Assembly (NCBI GenBank): GCA_963771075.1
Contig: CAVYSE010000009.1
Location: forward strand, 79,383-143,382
Direction of reading: 5' to 3'
DNA: 64,000 nucleotides
From: a candidate division FCPU426 bacterium
GTDB lineage: Bacteria > Oederibacteriota > Muellerivitia > Muellerivitales > Muellerivitaceae
In this document: positions 1-10,155 of the stretch, piece after piece
Numbering within the stretch: the stretch's first letter is position 1
Layout of the letters: the number at the start of each line of letters is the position of its first letter
The notes under the pieces: generated by a model
The model's input: only the letters and a program-made list of their open reading frames with translations
Told to the model about the DNA's origin: nothing
Databases searched by the model: none
Program-made: the position numbers and the translations under genes

Positions 1-63
1 ACCGGCTTCGCGTCAAAAGATTTCATGCCCCCCCCGGGGTTTATTAAAAGCACGCCTTCAATT

Positions 64-216
64 TCACCACAGCGGCACGGAGACACAGAGAAAATTGAAT
101 TTTTTTACTTTTCTCCCTGATTAGTTGTGAGATTTGATTTTCCCTTCAGCCTTTTCTTTTTATTTGATAAATATCTTTGATTAGTTGTTCTCTGAGTGCC
201 TGTGACTCTGAGCTGG
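64..216. repeat. intergenic inverted repeat of tandem 8-nt units (CACAGAG type)
   Basis: ccacagcg-gcacggag-acacagag-aaaa ... ttctctgagtgcctgtgactctgag. Confidence 0.65.
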
Positions 217-227
217 ATTAGTCTTTC

Positions 228-1556
228 TTACAACACCTTCGCGGCCAGCGCAGCCAGTTGGGAACGTTCGCTCTTGGACAGAGTGATATGCCCGAACATC
301 TCATTACCCTTGAACCTTTCGGCCAGGTACACAATCCCATTGGAGGAGGCATCTAGGTAGGGATTGTCGATCTGGTATGGATCCCCGGTCATGACGACTT
401 TCGTACCCACCCCTGCCCGGGAAACAATGGTTTTGATCTCGTGGGGGGTGAGGTTCTGGGCCTCATCCACGATCAAGAACTGCTTCGGGATCGAACGCCC
501 ACGGATATAGGTAAGAGCTTCAAGTTCTAGCTTGTGGGAGTCCAATAGATATTGGACCTTGTCATCCACTTCCTCGGCGTCGTTCTGCAAATGGCCTTTA
601 TCCAATATAAATTCCAGGTTGTCGAAAATCGGCTGCATCCAATTCATCAGTTTCTCGTCTTTGCTTCCAGGCAGGTATCCGATGTCCTTTCCGAGGGGAA
701 CAATAGGGCGAGAAACCAGAACCCTGCGGTACTTTTTTTCATCCAGACTCTTCAATAGGCCGGCGGCCAGGGCCAAAAGGGTCTTTCCCGTTCCCGCCGA
801 ACCCACCAAGGTTACCATGCTGATGCGGTCGTTCAATAGCAGGTTCAGGGCGAAATATTGCTCCAAGTTCAAAGCCTTGATGCCCCAGGCCTCCGGGTCC
901 TTGAACCAGAGGGACTGGGCTTCCTTCAGTCCGTCCCGGTAAATGCCCCGGGCGGTTTTGGACTCATGGATGTCGCTCTTTAAAAGCAAAAACTCGTTCT
1001 CGTAAAACTTGCTCTGTTCCATATAGGGAACCAAGGAGAGTTTCCCCGACTTATAAAACTCATCGACCTCCGAGTCCTTGACGGTTACGGTGGTCCAGCC
1101 CGCGTACAATTCGTCGATGTTGACCTTGTTCGTCTCGTAATCTTCCGACTCCACGCCCAGGGCATCGGCCTTGACGCGCACGTTGATGTCCTTGGTGACG
1201 AAACGCACATTCTCGCCCTTTTCCTTCAGCGCCAGGGCAATGCCAATGATATTGTTGTCGATTTTCATGTGTGAAAGGGAAGCTGGCAGGTGATTGGCGG
1301 GGGTCGAGATGTCCACCCGCAAAAGGCCACCATTCTCCAAGGGTACTCCCGCCGGAAGGTTTCCCTTTTTGCGCAGGTCGTCCAGTTTACGGGCCACTTC
1401 CCGGGCGTTTCGGCCCCGCTCATCCTGGTATTTCTTGAAGGTATCCAGTTCCTCGATAACCCCCAGGGGGATCACCACAATGTTGTCCTCGAAAGACTCA
1501 ATGGCGTGAGGGTTGTGGATAAGAACGTTGGTGTCGAGTACGAAGGTTTTTTTCAT
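228..1556 (-). CDS. PIN-domain PhoH-family ATPase (PhoH2/YlaK type)
   Basis: N-terminal PIN motif FVLDTNVLIH, Walker A GSAGTGKT, YIRGRSI and DEAQN PhoH motifs; ATG at 1556 preferred over 1598 (GAGGG upstream). Confidence 0.93.
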   Translation of the reverse strand: MKKTFVLDTNVLIHNPHAIESFEDNIVVIPLGVIEELDTFKKYQDERGRNAREVARKLDDLRKKGNLPAGVPLENGGLLRVDISTPANHLPASLSHMKIDNNIIGIALALKEKGENVRFVTKDINVRVKADALGVESEDYETNKVNIDELYAGWTTVTVKDSEVDEFYKSGKLSLVPYMEQSKFYENEFLLLKSDIHESKTARGIYRDGLKEAQSLWFKDPEAWGIKALNLEQYFALNLLLNDRISMVTLVGSAGTGKTLLALAAGLLKSLDEKKYRRVLVSRPIVPLGKDIGYLPGSKDEKLMNWMQPIFDNLEFILDKGHLQNDAEEVDDKVQYLLDSHKLELEALTYIRGRSIPKQFLIVDEAQNLTPHEIKTIVSRAGVGTKVVMTGDPYQIDNPYLDASSNGIVYLAERFKGNEMFGHITLSKSERSQLAALAAKVL

Positions 1557-1725
1557 GCCACCCTCACATGATTTAAGAATTGATAAAGGAGTTGGCATAG
1601 GGCCGATCTCCTTGAAACCATTTTAAACGGTGAATCTGCCCATACCGACCTTCCAATCTGAAAAAATGATACTGAGTTCGGCATTGAGCCGATTTCATTT
1701 GATTTCATTAATAACATGAATCGGT

Positions 1726-2424
1726 TCATGGTTTGGGGGCCTCCCGATGTAATAGATGGGGCTTCACCAGAATGAAACAGGTCCGGGCCAGATCAATAGC
1801 CCGGTGATAGGTCTCAGAAAATACGACGGACAAAGGCAGGACTTGCGGCCAAACAAAGGAGGTAAGGAACATTAAGCCAATCATATTTCCCGCGAAAATG
1901 AAAATCAAGGAAAAGGCCACACCGCTTTCTTTCAAGTCCGATTGGGGATGGGAAAGGGAATAAACGGTTAGGGCGATGTGAAAGGCGTAGGTAAACCCGA
2001 TCATTCCCACGAGATAAATCTTAAAGGGTTCGGCCGCGATCAGGTAGAGCCCAACCGTAACAGCCGTGTAAAAAGGGAAGACATAGGGGGCCAAGCTGAT
2101 CAACACGCTCGATTTGTTGACCATTGTGGAACCGCCTGTCGTGGTGGCGTGTACCGCCGTCACCTTGCCCCCCATAAGGAGCGCGGCCAGGGCATGGGTG
2201 AGTTCGTGGGCCAAAACGTGGGTTAGGATGGGCTTGTAAAAAGCGAAATGGATAATCAGGTAGAGGACAAACCCTGACAAGAAGACAATCGTATATTTAT
2301 TGCCCCACGGAATACCCGCCCAGGCGTGGACCAAAACCCAACCGATCGATATCGACAGCCAAATCAAAAGAATGGCGAAGAACCATTTCACTAAAAATAA
2401 ACCAATGGATTTATGCAGGGCCAA
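1726..2424 (-). CDS. membrane metallopeptidase, M50B-like
   Basis: HELTH (HExxH) in a hydrophobic context, downstream ISLAPY and SDL motifs, several TM segments. Confidence 0.7.
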   Translation of the reverse strand: MALHKSIGLFLVKWFFAILLIWLSISIGWVLVHAWAGIPWGNKYTIVFLSGFVLYLIIHFAFYKPILTHVLAHELTHALAALLMGGKVTAVHATTTGGSTMVNKSSVLISLAPYVFPFYTAVTVGLYLIAAEPFKIYLVGMIGFTYAFHIALTVYSLSHPQSDLKESGVAFSLIFIFAGNMIGLMFLTSFVWPQVLPLSVVFSETYHRAIDLARTCFILVKPHLLHREAPKP

Positions 2425-2451
2425 GAATCACCTTTTAATTCAATTGGAAGT

Positions 2452-3375
2452 TTATCCCTCTATCGATTCTTCTTCGGATTCAAGTGTGAATTCATTGATG
2501 GGAATTTCCGTCGCAATCTTATAGACCACTTCCCGGGGCAAGCCCCGCATTCGAGAGACCGCCTTGACCGCCTCGGTCTTGGAAAGCCCCTGTACTTTTA
2601 TGAATTCCAATAATTGGTCTGCGATGGAAACCCCTACCCATTTTTCCTGGTCCGTGTGGTCAACCCTCTCGCCGCCTTCGATGACAATCACGAATTCACC
2701 CATGGGTTCATGGGTTTTGAAATGCTTCCACAATTCCTGGAGTGTGCCCCTCACGAATTCCTCATGTAGCTTCGTCAATTCCCTTCCCACGCAAGCTTGC
2801 CGGTTGCCGAACACATTCATCATGTCCTTGAGGCTGTTGCGAAGCCGATGGGGCGACTCAAAGAAGACCAGGGTCCGTTCCTCGGACCGGAGCCCCAGCA
2901 GAGCGCTCCGACGGTCGGCGGGTTTGGAAGGCAGGAACCCTAAAAAGGTAAAGGGAGTCGTGGGAAAACCCGATACCGGCAGTGAAGCTAAAAGTGAAGA
3001 AGCTCCGGGCACAGGTACCACTCGGAAGCCCTTTTGAATAGTCTCACGAACCACCTTGTCCCCAGGGTCCGAAATGCCAGGCATGCCCGCATCCGTCACT
3101 AACGCGACCGCCTGTCCCTTTTCCAGGGCCATGAGAATTTCCTCCACTCGTTTAGTCTCGTTATGCTCAAAACAAGAAATGAGCTTGGGCGGGGTAATCG
3201 CAAAATGGTTGAGCAGTTTCAGGGTATTTCGGGTGTCCTCGGCAGCGATCAACTGAACCTGTCCCAAGACTTTCAAAGCCCGAAAGGTCATGTCCTCAAG
3301 ATTGCCGATGGGAGTGGCGACCAAGTAAAGGGTGGAAGGAAGAACCGCGTTTTTTTCAGCGTTTTTTTCTGACAC
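2452..3375 (-). CDS. rsmI: 16S rRNA (cytidine1402-2'-O)-methyltransferase
   Basis: LYLVATPIGNLEDMT, AAEDTR, DAGMPGISDPG, ESPHR, RELTKLHEE. Confidence 0.96.
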   Translation of the reverse strand: MSEKNAEKNAVLPSTLYLVATPIGNLEDMTFRALKVLGQVQLIAAEDTRNTLKLLNHFAITPPKLISCFEHNETKRVEEILMALEKGQAVALVTDAGMPGISDPGDKVVRETIQKGFRVVPVPGASSLLASLPVSGFPTTPFTFLGFLPSKPADRRSALLGLRSEERTLVFFESPHRLRNSLKDMMNVFGNRQACVGRELTKLHEEFVRGTLQELWKHFKTHEPMGEFVIVIEGGERVDHTDQEKWVGVSIADQLLEFIKVQGLSKTEAVKAVSRMRGLPREVVYKIATEIPINEFTLESEEESIEG

Positions 3376-4105
3376 GGGAAGCCTTCCTGCGTGGGAGTTT
3401 TTTGGATTGACGCCGGGATGTCGTGGTATTTATCGAAACACTCTCAGGCTTAGATTGAATATAGGCCTTCTGGGAACTTATGAAATTTGGTTTTTCGGCT
3501 TTGCTGACATCAGAAAATAAATTTTTCTCTGTGTCTTTGTGTCTCTGGGGTGAATATTTAAATATCACTTTAACCTTTTCCAGCCCTTCCCAAACGGCCC
3601 AACCGATCCCGATTCCAAAAAGATACCCTCCCAAAACATCGGATGGGTAATGCAGGCCCAAGTAGATTCGGGACAGCCCGACCGCCAGGGCGATCAAAAC
3701 GAAAAGCCCTTGATAGAGGGGAAAGGCCCTGGCCAGGAGATACATGGAAGAACCCATATTGGCCGCGTGGCTGGAGGGGAAGGAAAAGGCGGCGCTTCCA
3801 CCCACTGGGGTCAGTACACCCGGCAGGGCGTTGCAAGGCCGGACCCGCTGAACCCAATATTTCAAAAGATGGCTGGAACCCTGGTCCGAAAGAGTCACGG
3901 CCACCAAAAGGCTCAAAAACAGCCAACGCCCCCTGGCCCCGCCCCAGATCAACTGATAAAGAAGAAAAATTGCAATGGTTAAAAGAATTCCTAAATGCCG
4001 AAAATCGGTAACGTATGCAAAAAAAGAATCCATGATGGGACAGGAACAGGTCTCATTCACAAACCGGAAAAGGCCTACATCAAGTGGGTAGAGTAACTGT
4101 CCCAA
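3356..4105 (-). CDS. PAP2-family membrane phosphatase with basic C-terminal tail
   Basis: KxxxxRxRP, FPSSHA, SRIYLGLHYPSDV motifs. Confidence 0.9.
   Translation of the reverse strand: MGQLLYPLDVGLFRFVNETCSCPIMDSFFAYVTDFRHLGILLTIAIFLLYQLIWGGARGRWLFLSLLVAVTLSDQGSSHLLKYWVQRVRPCNALPGVLTPVGGSAAFSFPSSHAANMGSSMYLLARAFPLYQGLFVLIALAVGLSRIYLGLHYPSDVLGGYLFGIGIGWAVWEGLEKVKVIFKYSPQRHKDTEKNLFSDVSKAEKPNFISSQKAYIQSKPESVSINTTTSRRQSKKLPRRKASRVRKKR
3523..3554 (-). repeat. single arm of the CACAGAG-type repeat inside the PAP2 coding tail
   Basis: minus strand ttcaccccagag-acacaaag-acacagag-aaaa; first 16 nt identical to 20311-20326. Confidence 0.75.
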
Positions 4106-4108
4106 AGC

Positions 4109-5218
4109 CTATACCGCCACCGGCACTGGATCCTGGTCGGTCATGGCTCGTTGAATCTCCTCAAGGGTTTTCAAAACCCAATCCGCGTCATCAGAGGTCA
4201 AAAGTTTCTGCCTCATTTCCCTCGCGCCCTCGAACCCCTTGATGTAATGGGAAAGGTGTTTGCGCATTTCCATCAACCCCATCCGTTCGCCCTTGACCTC
4301 GATGGAACAACGCAATTGTTCCGCCGCCACCCCCAGCTTGAATTTAAGGGATGGTTTACGGCCGGGCTTCCCGGTCTCGAGAAAGTGGTTGATCTCCTCG
4401 AAGATCCAAGGAGCGCCCATACTGCCCCGACCGATCATGATGCCGTCACACCCTGTTTCCAGGAAGAGTTTGTAAGCGTCCAGCGCATTCCGCACGTCGC
4501 CGTTGCCGATGATGGGTATCTTCGCTTTTTCCTTAAGCCGTTTGATGATTTCCCAATTGGCCTTGCCTTCAAACATCTGGTTGCGGGTGCGGGCATGGAC
4601 CGCCAGAGCCGAAGCTCCCGCGGACGTGACCGCGTCCAAAAGATCAAAAACAGAGTTATCCATCGCGTCGTAACCGGCCCGGGTCTTGACCGTAATGGGC
4701 ACCTTGCCCCCCGTGGCCTTGACCATGGCTTCCACGATCCAACCCGCCCTTTGGGGTTCTTTCAATACCGCAGCGCCGGAGTCGCATTTCAGGATCTTGC
4801 CCACAGGGCACCCGAAATTGATGTCGATAAGGTCCGGTTTGATTTCCTCGGCCACCTTGGCAGCAGCTTCCCCCATGATGCCGGGGTCCCCCCCGAAAAG
4901 TTGCACCCCCACGGGTCTCTCCGGTTCCGTGAATTCCATCAACTCATGGGTCTTGTCGCTTCCATGCATCAAGGCCCGGGAGCTGACCATTTCGGTTACC
5001 ACCATGGCGGCCCCGTGCCGCCGGGCCAGGCGGCGGAAGGCGGTATCGGTGTAACCCGCCATAGGCGCCAGGAAGACCCGTCCATTCAGCGTGAGGGAAC
5101 CCATCTTGAACTCATGGGGGTTCTTGCCCAGCTCTTCAAGGGATGGGCCATTCATTTCGGCCTCAGGAAGTGAAGGTTCCGCTTTATCGGGATCAGGATT
5201 TCGGGGCAGTACGCTCAT
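4109..5218 (-). CDS. dusB: tRNA-dihydrouridine synthase B
   Basis: LAPMAGYTD, DINFGCP, VHARTR, IGNGDV, MIGRG; ATG 5218 follows GAGGA. Confidence 0.93.
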   Translation of the reverse strand: MSVLPRNPDPDKAEPSLPEAEMNGPSLEELGKNPHEFKMGSLTLNGRVFLAPMAGYTDTAFRRLARRHGAAMVVTEMVSSRALMHGSDKTHELMEFTEPERPVGVQLFGGDPGIMGEAAAKVAEEIKPDLIDINFGCPVGKILKCDSGAAVLKEPQRAGWIVEAMVKATGGKVPITVKTRAGYDAMDNSVFDLLDAVTSAGASALAVHARTRNQMFEGKANWEIIKRLKEKAKIPIIGNGDVRNALDAYKLFLETGCDGIMIGRGSMGAPWIFEEINHFLETGKPGRKPSLKFKLGVAAEQLRCSIEVKGERMGLMEMRKHLSHYIKGFEGAREMRQKLLTSDDADWVLKTLEEIQRAMTDQDPVPVAV

Positions 5219-5252
5219 GTAATTCCTCAAAGGATTTAAAAAACCAAAATCA

Positions 5253-5360
5253 AACGCAAAGCCGCAAAAACGCCAAGAAAAACCACCTGCAAAGGGTTAA
5301 GGCAAATTTTCGGAGAATATCGTAATTTAGAAGGTCTATGCGTCTTAAAGTCTTTGCGTT
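5253..5360. repeat. intergenic inverted repeat of tandem 8-nt units (ACGCAAAG type)
   Basis: a-acgcaaag-ccgcaaaa-acgccaag ... ctatgcgt-cttaaagt-ctttgcgtt; perfect 9-bp terminal inverted repeat. Confidence 0.7.
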
Positions 5361-5382
5361 GGACGTCGGTTTGTTGTTATTT

Positions 5383-6411
5383 TTATTCTAACAAGAAGGG
5401 TGAGTGGCTTAAAGGGGAGGCCATGGCGGTAGCGGATAAATCAGAACTTTTGCCCAGGGCAAGCTGATAGGCGCCCAGGCCCGCGATCATGGCGGCGTTA
5501 TCCGAGCAATATTTCGGTGGCGGCACCCTCAAATGAACACCCCGGGAATCAGCCTCGGCTTTCAAGACCCTCCGCAAGGCCGAGTTGCAGGCGACTCCGC
5601 CCCCCACGACTAGGCTCTTGGGATGGAACTCATCCAGGAATTTCCGGACCCGATACAACACCTCTTCCAGCACGGTGTTTTGAAAACGGGCCGCCAACAA
5701 GACCTTGTCCTTATCGTCTTTCAGGGGATGGTGCTTGATCTCCAATCCCACGGCGGTTTTGAGGCCGCTAAAAGAAAAATCGAGGGTCTTATCTTTCATT
5801 CGCGAGACTGGAAATGTCATTTTGACTTCCGGAACCTGTGCCGCCAGCTTCTCAATCATGGGACCCCCGGGATAACCTAGCCCCATCAGTTTGGCCACCT
5901 TATCGAAAGCTTCCCCGGCCGCGTCATCGCGCGTGCAGGCCAGGAGCCGGTAATCTCCCCAGGTTTCCATCAGGTAAAGTTCAGTGTGACCCCCGGAGGC
6001 CACCAGGCCCAACGCGGGGAAAGAAACGGGATCGTCGTCCAGCCGTGCCGCGTATAGATGGGCCTCGATGTGGTGGATGGCTACAAAGGGAATTTTCAAG
6101 CGGAAGGCCATGCCCTTGGCGGCTGAAACGCCCACCAGTAGGGCTCCGATCAACCCGGGCGCAGTGGTTACGGCGATTCCCCCCAGGTCGTCCCATCCTA
6201 CCTGGGCCTGCCGCAGCACTTCCCGTGCGAGAAAAGGGAGACTTTCCAAATGCTGGCGGGATGCCACCTCGGGCACCACCCCGCCATAGCGGGCATGGAC
6301 CAAGGTCTGGCTGGCAACCTCGTTGGCCAGGACCCGGTAGCCATCTTGGACAATGGCGGCCGAGGTTTCATCGCAGGAGGATTCAATTCCAAGCACTAAT
6401 TGGTTCGTCAT
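5383..6411 (-). CDS. tsaD: tRNA N6-threonylcarbamoyladenosine synthesis protein
   Basis: LGIESSCDETS, GGVVPEVASRQH, HHIEAH, SGGHT, DDAAGEAFDK, FSFSGLKT, DNAAMIA. Confidence 0.97.
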   Translation of the reverse strand: MTNQLVLGIESSCDETSAAIVQDGYRVLANEVASQTLVHARYGGVVPEVASRQHLESLPFLAREVLRQAQVGWDDLGGIAVTTAPGLIGALLVGVSAAKGMAFRLKIPFVAIHHIEAHLYAARLDDDPVSFPALGLVASGGHTELYLMETWGDYRLLACTRDDAAGEAFDKVAKLMGLGYPGGPMIEKLAAQVPEVKMTFPVSRMKDKTLDFSFSGLKTAVGLEIKHHPLKDDKDKVLLAARFQNTVLEEVLYRVRKFLDEFHPKSLVVGGGVACNSALRRVLKAEADSRGVHLRVPPPKYCSDNAAMIAGLGAYQLALGKSSDLSATAMASPLSHSPFLLE

Positions 6412-6552
6412 TCATTAACTCCAGGTTCTTATCGGAAACGGAACTATACACTTGCCAAAGTCCAAAAACGAACAAAAAACGGGACCCGTCAGATCTGGAA
6501 ATATCCCGATTAGAGTCAAACGGCGGGGCAAAAAGCCCGAAATATAAAGCAT

Positions 6553-6581
6553 TTGGAGGATTAAAATCCATCCGCTATAAT
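6553..6581 (+). promoter_or_regulatory. putative sigma70 promoter for the YfhO-like gene
   Basis: TTGGAG-N17-TATAAT about 80 nt upstream of the 6662 start. Confidence 0.5.
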
Positions 6582-6661
6582 TCGGTTCGATTTGAAAAAG
6601 GCCGACCCGTTTTTAGTCCCTTCTTCTCAAACCCCGCGCCAAAAGGTATTTCGGTGATCCC

Positions 6662-8953
6662 TTGAAACAAATATTCGAAAGAGTGGCGAATTGGTTTAAC
6701 ACGAATCCGATCAAGGGCGCCTTCATCATCCTTGCCGGAGCGGTCCTGATTCTTTTCGGGAAAGCCCTCTTTGACCCAGACCTGCTCTTTTCCATTCCCC
6801 AAGGAGATTTGGCGGGCCAGTTTCTCGCTTGGAGGGAATTCGGCTTTTCCGAGTTGAAGTCTGGACACCTGGTCTTTTGGAACCCTTACATCTATTGCGG
6901 CGCCCCCTATTTCTCGGGTTTCCAGTCAGCCCTCCTCTACCCCCCCAACTGGCTCTTCATGGTCATGCCGCTCATCATGGGCCTGAATTTTTCCGCGGCG
7001 CTCCACATTTTCCTGGGCGGATTCTTTTGCTTCCTTTGGCTTTCCCAGACCCGTACCTCCTTTCTTCCCAGCCTCTTTGGCGCCTTCGCTTTCATGTTCG
7101 GGGGCGCTTTCTTCCTGCATGTTTACCCCGGTCACCTTCCCAACCTATGCACCATGGCCTGGATACCGCTCGTTTTCTTGTTTCTTGACCGGTATTTCGA
7201 CTCTCTCAAGCTCAAATGGCTTTTGTCCGGCATGGGAGCCTTAGGCTTGGAGCTCCTATCGGGGCATGTCCAGTATTTTTACTACACCCTGCTTTTCAGC
7301 GGATTCTATTATTTTGTCCGTTTGCTCATGGACCGACGTCAATGGGTCGTGAAATCCATCGGGGGGTTGGCCTTGGTTCTGGGTTCCTTTCTCCTAACTG
7401 CGGTTCAAGGAATCCCCGGTGTTCAAGCGGCCATCGAGAATCCACGCCCCACGCCCGACTCCTCCGCGGCCCACCGTCTCTATTCTTTTCCGGTCGAAAA
7501 CCTGTTGACCTTTTTCACCTCCGGCTTAAACGGGAATATCTCCCATTTTAACTGCTGGTCTTTCGTCGACATCTGGTGGGAATCGTGCCTCTTCATGGGA
7601 TTGACGGTTTTCCTTTTCGCCTTTTACGGCATCTTCGCCAAACCCATCAGCGGTAAATGGGCGCTGATCGCCCTGGCCGCATTCGCGCTTCTTGTCACCC
7701 TGGGCTATAACACACCCTTTTACACCATTTTTTCCAGCGTGATCCCCTTCATCAAATTGTTCAAGGGCAGTTACAAGGCGGGGGTCTTTATCCAATTGGC
7801 CTTTGGCGTCTTGGCCGCGCGGGCCCTGGATGTTTGGATCAAGGATAACCACCCTCCAGCCTGGCCCGGCTGGCTGGCCTTCGTCATGAGCTTGGTCTTT
7901 CTTTTTTCCATACCTCGCATTGACAGCCTCACGTTCGGGCAAATCTTGGAGGTTTTCAATTCACCTCTCGACACCCAACCGGGGAATTTCGGCCTTCAAC
8001 GCATGGCGGTACAAGAAATCAATCTTTTGGGCGCCTCATCCCTGGCCATTCTCTTCGCTGGCCTTTGGATCTTTACCCAAAAACGCCCTTCCTACCGGCC
8101 AGCCCTGGCCTTTTTGGGCATCGCGAACCTTTTCTTTTTCGCCCTTTCCGTCCTTCCCTTTTTCGATTCCAAGGTCCTGGTCAGCGACGGGACTTTGCTG
8201 GCTAAAAACGTCTCCCCCATGGCGGGGGAAAACCGGATTTATTGGTATAACCAAGCCGACCGCGCTTTATTTTCCCGGTTAAAAAACGTCATTGGGGACG
8301 ACCCTTCCCTTCCCCAAAGATATGCGCGCCTCATCAACATCCAGGACAATCGTTTCGATTATTCACGCTTCGTCGTTGATTTTTCCGAGCCCAAGCCCAA
8401 ATTGATCCGGATGGCCATCAGTATCGACCAAGTCGAAACCGGGTATAAGATCAACCGGGTTCCAGGCCCCCAGTTGGCCAGGGCAGCGTTATACGATGAT
8501 TGGGAACTCGCTCCCTCTCCCGAGGCGGCTTTGATCCGGGCTCTCGCTCCCGATTTTGATATGTTCCATAAGGTCGTCCTGGAAAGTGCCCCCCATCCGC
8601 TCCCCGTCAAGGGGAAGGACAGCGGTCAGGTGGTCGTGACGGATGTGAATTCGGATATTTTGGAAATCAAGGCGGTGACGGACCGGCCCCAAATACTGTT
8701 GGTGACCGAGAACTACGCGAATGGTTGGCAGGTGAAGCCATTTCCGGATAGCGTCCAACAAAACTACGAAATCCTTCCCGGGGACTCGATCCATCGGGCC
8801 ATCCCACTCTTGGCGGGAACACACCACTTTTATCTTCAATACAAAGCGCCGGGATTTGAAACGGGACTTTGGATCTCGGTGGTCTCCCTGCTCGCCTATG
8901 GTTTGACTTGGGTCTGGGTCTTGCGCCGTAGAGAAAGAATCGAGGCGGTCTAG
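6662..8953 (+). CDS. YfhO-like polytopic membrane protein (putative GT-C glycosyltransferase), copy 1
   Basis: Many TM segments; WNPY..CGAP, LLYPPNW, GHVQY; C-terminal LLVTENYANGW...GTHH..LQY.APG typical of YfhO. Confidence 0.8.
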   Translation: MKQIFERVANWFNTNPIKGAFIILAGAVLILFGKALFDPDLLFSIPQGDLAGQFLAWREFGFSELKSGHLVFWNPYIYCGAPYFSGFQSALLYPPNWLFMVMPLIMGLNFSAALHIFLGGFFCFLWLSQTRTSFLPSLFGAFAFMFGGAFFLHVYPGHLPNLCTMAWIPLVFLFLDRYFDSLKLKWLLSGMGALGLELLSGHVQYFYYTLLFSGFYYFVRLLMDRRQWVVKSIGGLALVLGSFLLTAVQGIPGVQAAIENPRPTPDSSAAHRLYSFPVENLLTFFTSGLNGNISHFNCWSFVDIWWESCLFMGLTVFLFAFYGIFAKPISGKWALIALAAFALLVTLGYNTPFYTIFSSVIPFIKLFKGSYKAGVFIQLAFGVLAARALDVWIKDNHPPAWPGWLAFVMSLVFLFSIPRIDSLTFGQILEVFNSPLDTQPGNFGLQRMAVQEINLLGASSLAILFAGLWIFTQKRPSYRPALAFLGIANLFFFALSVLPFFDSKVLVSDGTLLAKNVSPMAGENRIYWYNQADRALFSRLKNVIGDDPSLPQRYARLINIQDNRFDYSRFVVDFSEPKPKLIRMAISIDQVETGYKINRVPGPQLARAALYDDWELAPSPEAALIRALAPDFDMFHKVVLESAPHPLPVKGKDSGQVVVTDVNSDILEIKAVTDRPQILLVTENYANGWQVKPFPDSVQQNYEILPGDSIHRAIPLLAGTHHFYLQYKAPGFETGLWISVVSLLAYGLTWVWVLRRRERIEAV

Positions 8954-8990
8954 GCGCATTCTGGATTTTATACAAAATCCGTTTTAATTA

Positions 8991-10130
8991 TTATTGGCCA
9001 ACCACTTCCGAAAGATAAACCAATTGAACACCCTGTTGCTGGATCTTGGGGAGGGCCTGGAGAAGGGTTTCCAGGGTCACCGCCTTGAAATGGCCGATGG
9101 CCACGGCGGTTCCCTGCTTCTTGGCGATGGCCAGGGCCCGGTCCAACTGTTTCAAAATGGCATGCGCCTGTACCTTGTCGTCCAAAAAAACATCCCGTTT
9201 GGCGTGGGGCAACCCGAGACGCTCGGCTTCCGCCTCGGCAACCGTCTTGGGCGAGGTCCGGGAATCGAGGAAGAAGAGCCCCCTCTTCCCCAAAAATGCG
9301 CAAACCTCATCCATGAGGGCTTTGTTCTCGCTCGCCAAACTCCCCATATGGTTGTTCATGCCCACCGCGCCAGGCAAAACCTCAAACGCCGCCTCCAGGT
9401 TTTGTCCGACCTTATCCGATGACATGCCCCTTTTCAGGTATTCAGGGTAGGCGTTCTTGGGGAATTTTTCATGGCCTTCCATGGGCATATGGCAGATGAC
9501 TTCCACCCCGTGGCCCGGGGCCTCCTCCGCCAGCTGCTTGCCGAATTCGGTGGAGGGGATCAGGGCCAGGGTCACCGGAACCTTGAAGGCGTAGAGGTTT
9601 TCCAAAGCCTGACCTTTTTGGTAACCCCCGTCGTCGATGACCAGACTGAGGCGGGGCTTGTGGGTTTGGAGGAAGGTGATGGTAATGGGGGTCCATTGGC
9701 CGTCATAAGCGAAAACATAACTGTAAAAGGTGGCTTGCCGCTGGGTGTCCTCGCCCGTCGTGGAATGGCCCTCGACCGCCCCGGCTGTTTCGGCGGCCTG
9801 CCGCAATTGGTCCGCCAACTGTTCGGGGGTGTAGCGACGGGGCAGGCGGAAGATTTCTTGGTAGACCGGCAGGGTCAAGTCCCCCAGGGTGAAATCCTTT
9901 TGGAGGATATCCCCTTCCCGCATTCTCAGAATCCCCAACTGGCGGAGCTTTTGCTCCAGGGCCGTGCGGAGATTTTCGGCGTCCTGCGGGCTGTGCCGGA
10001 CGGACGGGGCTGGAACCGTCTTGGGGGGCTTCTCATGGCCCGACCGGAGGATCGAATAGACCACGACGCCTGCCAATCCCAGCCCCAGGATCAACAGCGG
10101 GAGGATTATGAGCAGGAACCTTTTATTCAT
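8991..10130 (-). CDS. divergent polysaccharide deacetylase family protein (YibQ-like)
   Basis: N-terminal TM, LVIDDGG, HMPME, GMNNHMGS, FLDSRT, RDVFLD, AIGH; sits after envC-ctpA. Confidence 0.9.
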   Translation of the reverse strand: MNKRFLLIILPLLILGLGLAGVVVYSILRSGHEKPPKTVPAPSVRHSPQDAENLRTALEQKLRQLGILRMREGDILQKDFTLGDLTLPVYQEIFRLPRRYTPEQLADQLRQAAETAGAVEGHSTTGEDTQRQATFYSYVFAYDGQWTPITITFLQTHKPRLSLVIDDGGYQKGQALENLYAFKVPVTLALIPSTEFGKQLAEEAPGHGVEVICHMPMEGHEKFPKNAYPEYLKRGMSSDKVGQNLEAAFEVLPGAVGMNNHMGSLASENKALMDEVCAFLGKRGLFFLDSRTSPKTVAEAEAERLGLPHAKRDVFLDDKVQAHAILKQLDRALAIAKKQGTAVAIGHFKAVTLETLLQALPKIQQQGVQLVYLSEVVGQ

Positions 10131-10155
10131 AGCCGCGAACCCCGCTTGAAAAGAA

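Noticed and set aside
1..26. Start of a minus-strand gene (MKSFDAKP) running off the left edge
   Set aside because: Only eight codons are visible, not enough to call.
4151..5173. Long plus-strand ORFs (also 9471-10262, 10866-11735, 12258-13088, 25617-26867, 56179-57300)
   Set aside because: Antisense shadows of well-supported minus-strand genes, expected from high GC3 codon bias; no motifs or RBS.
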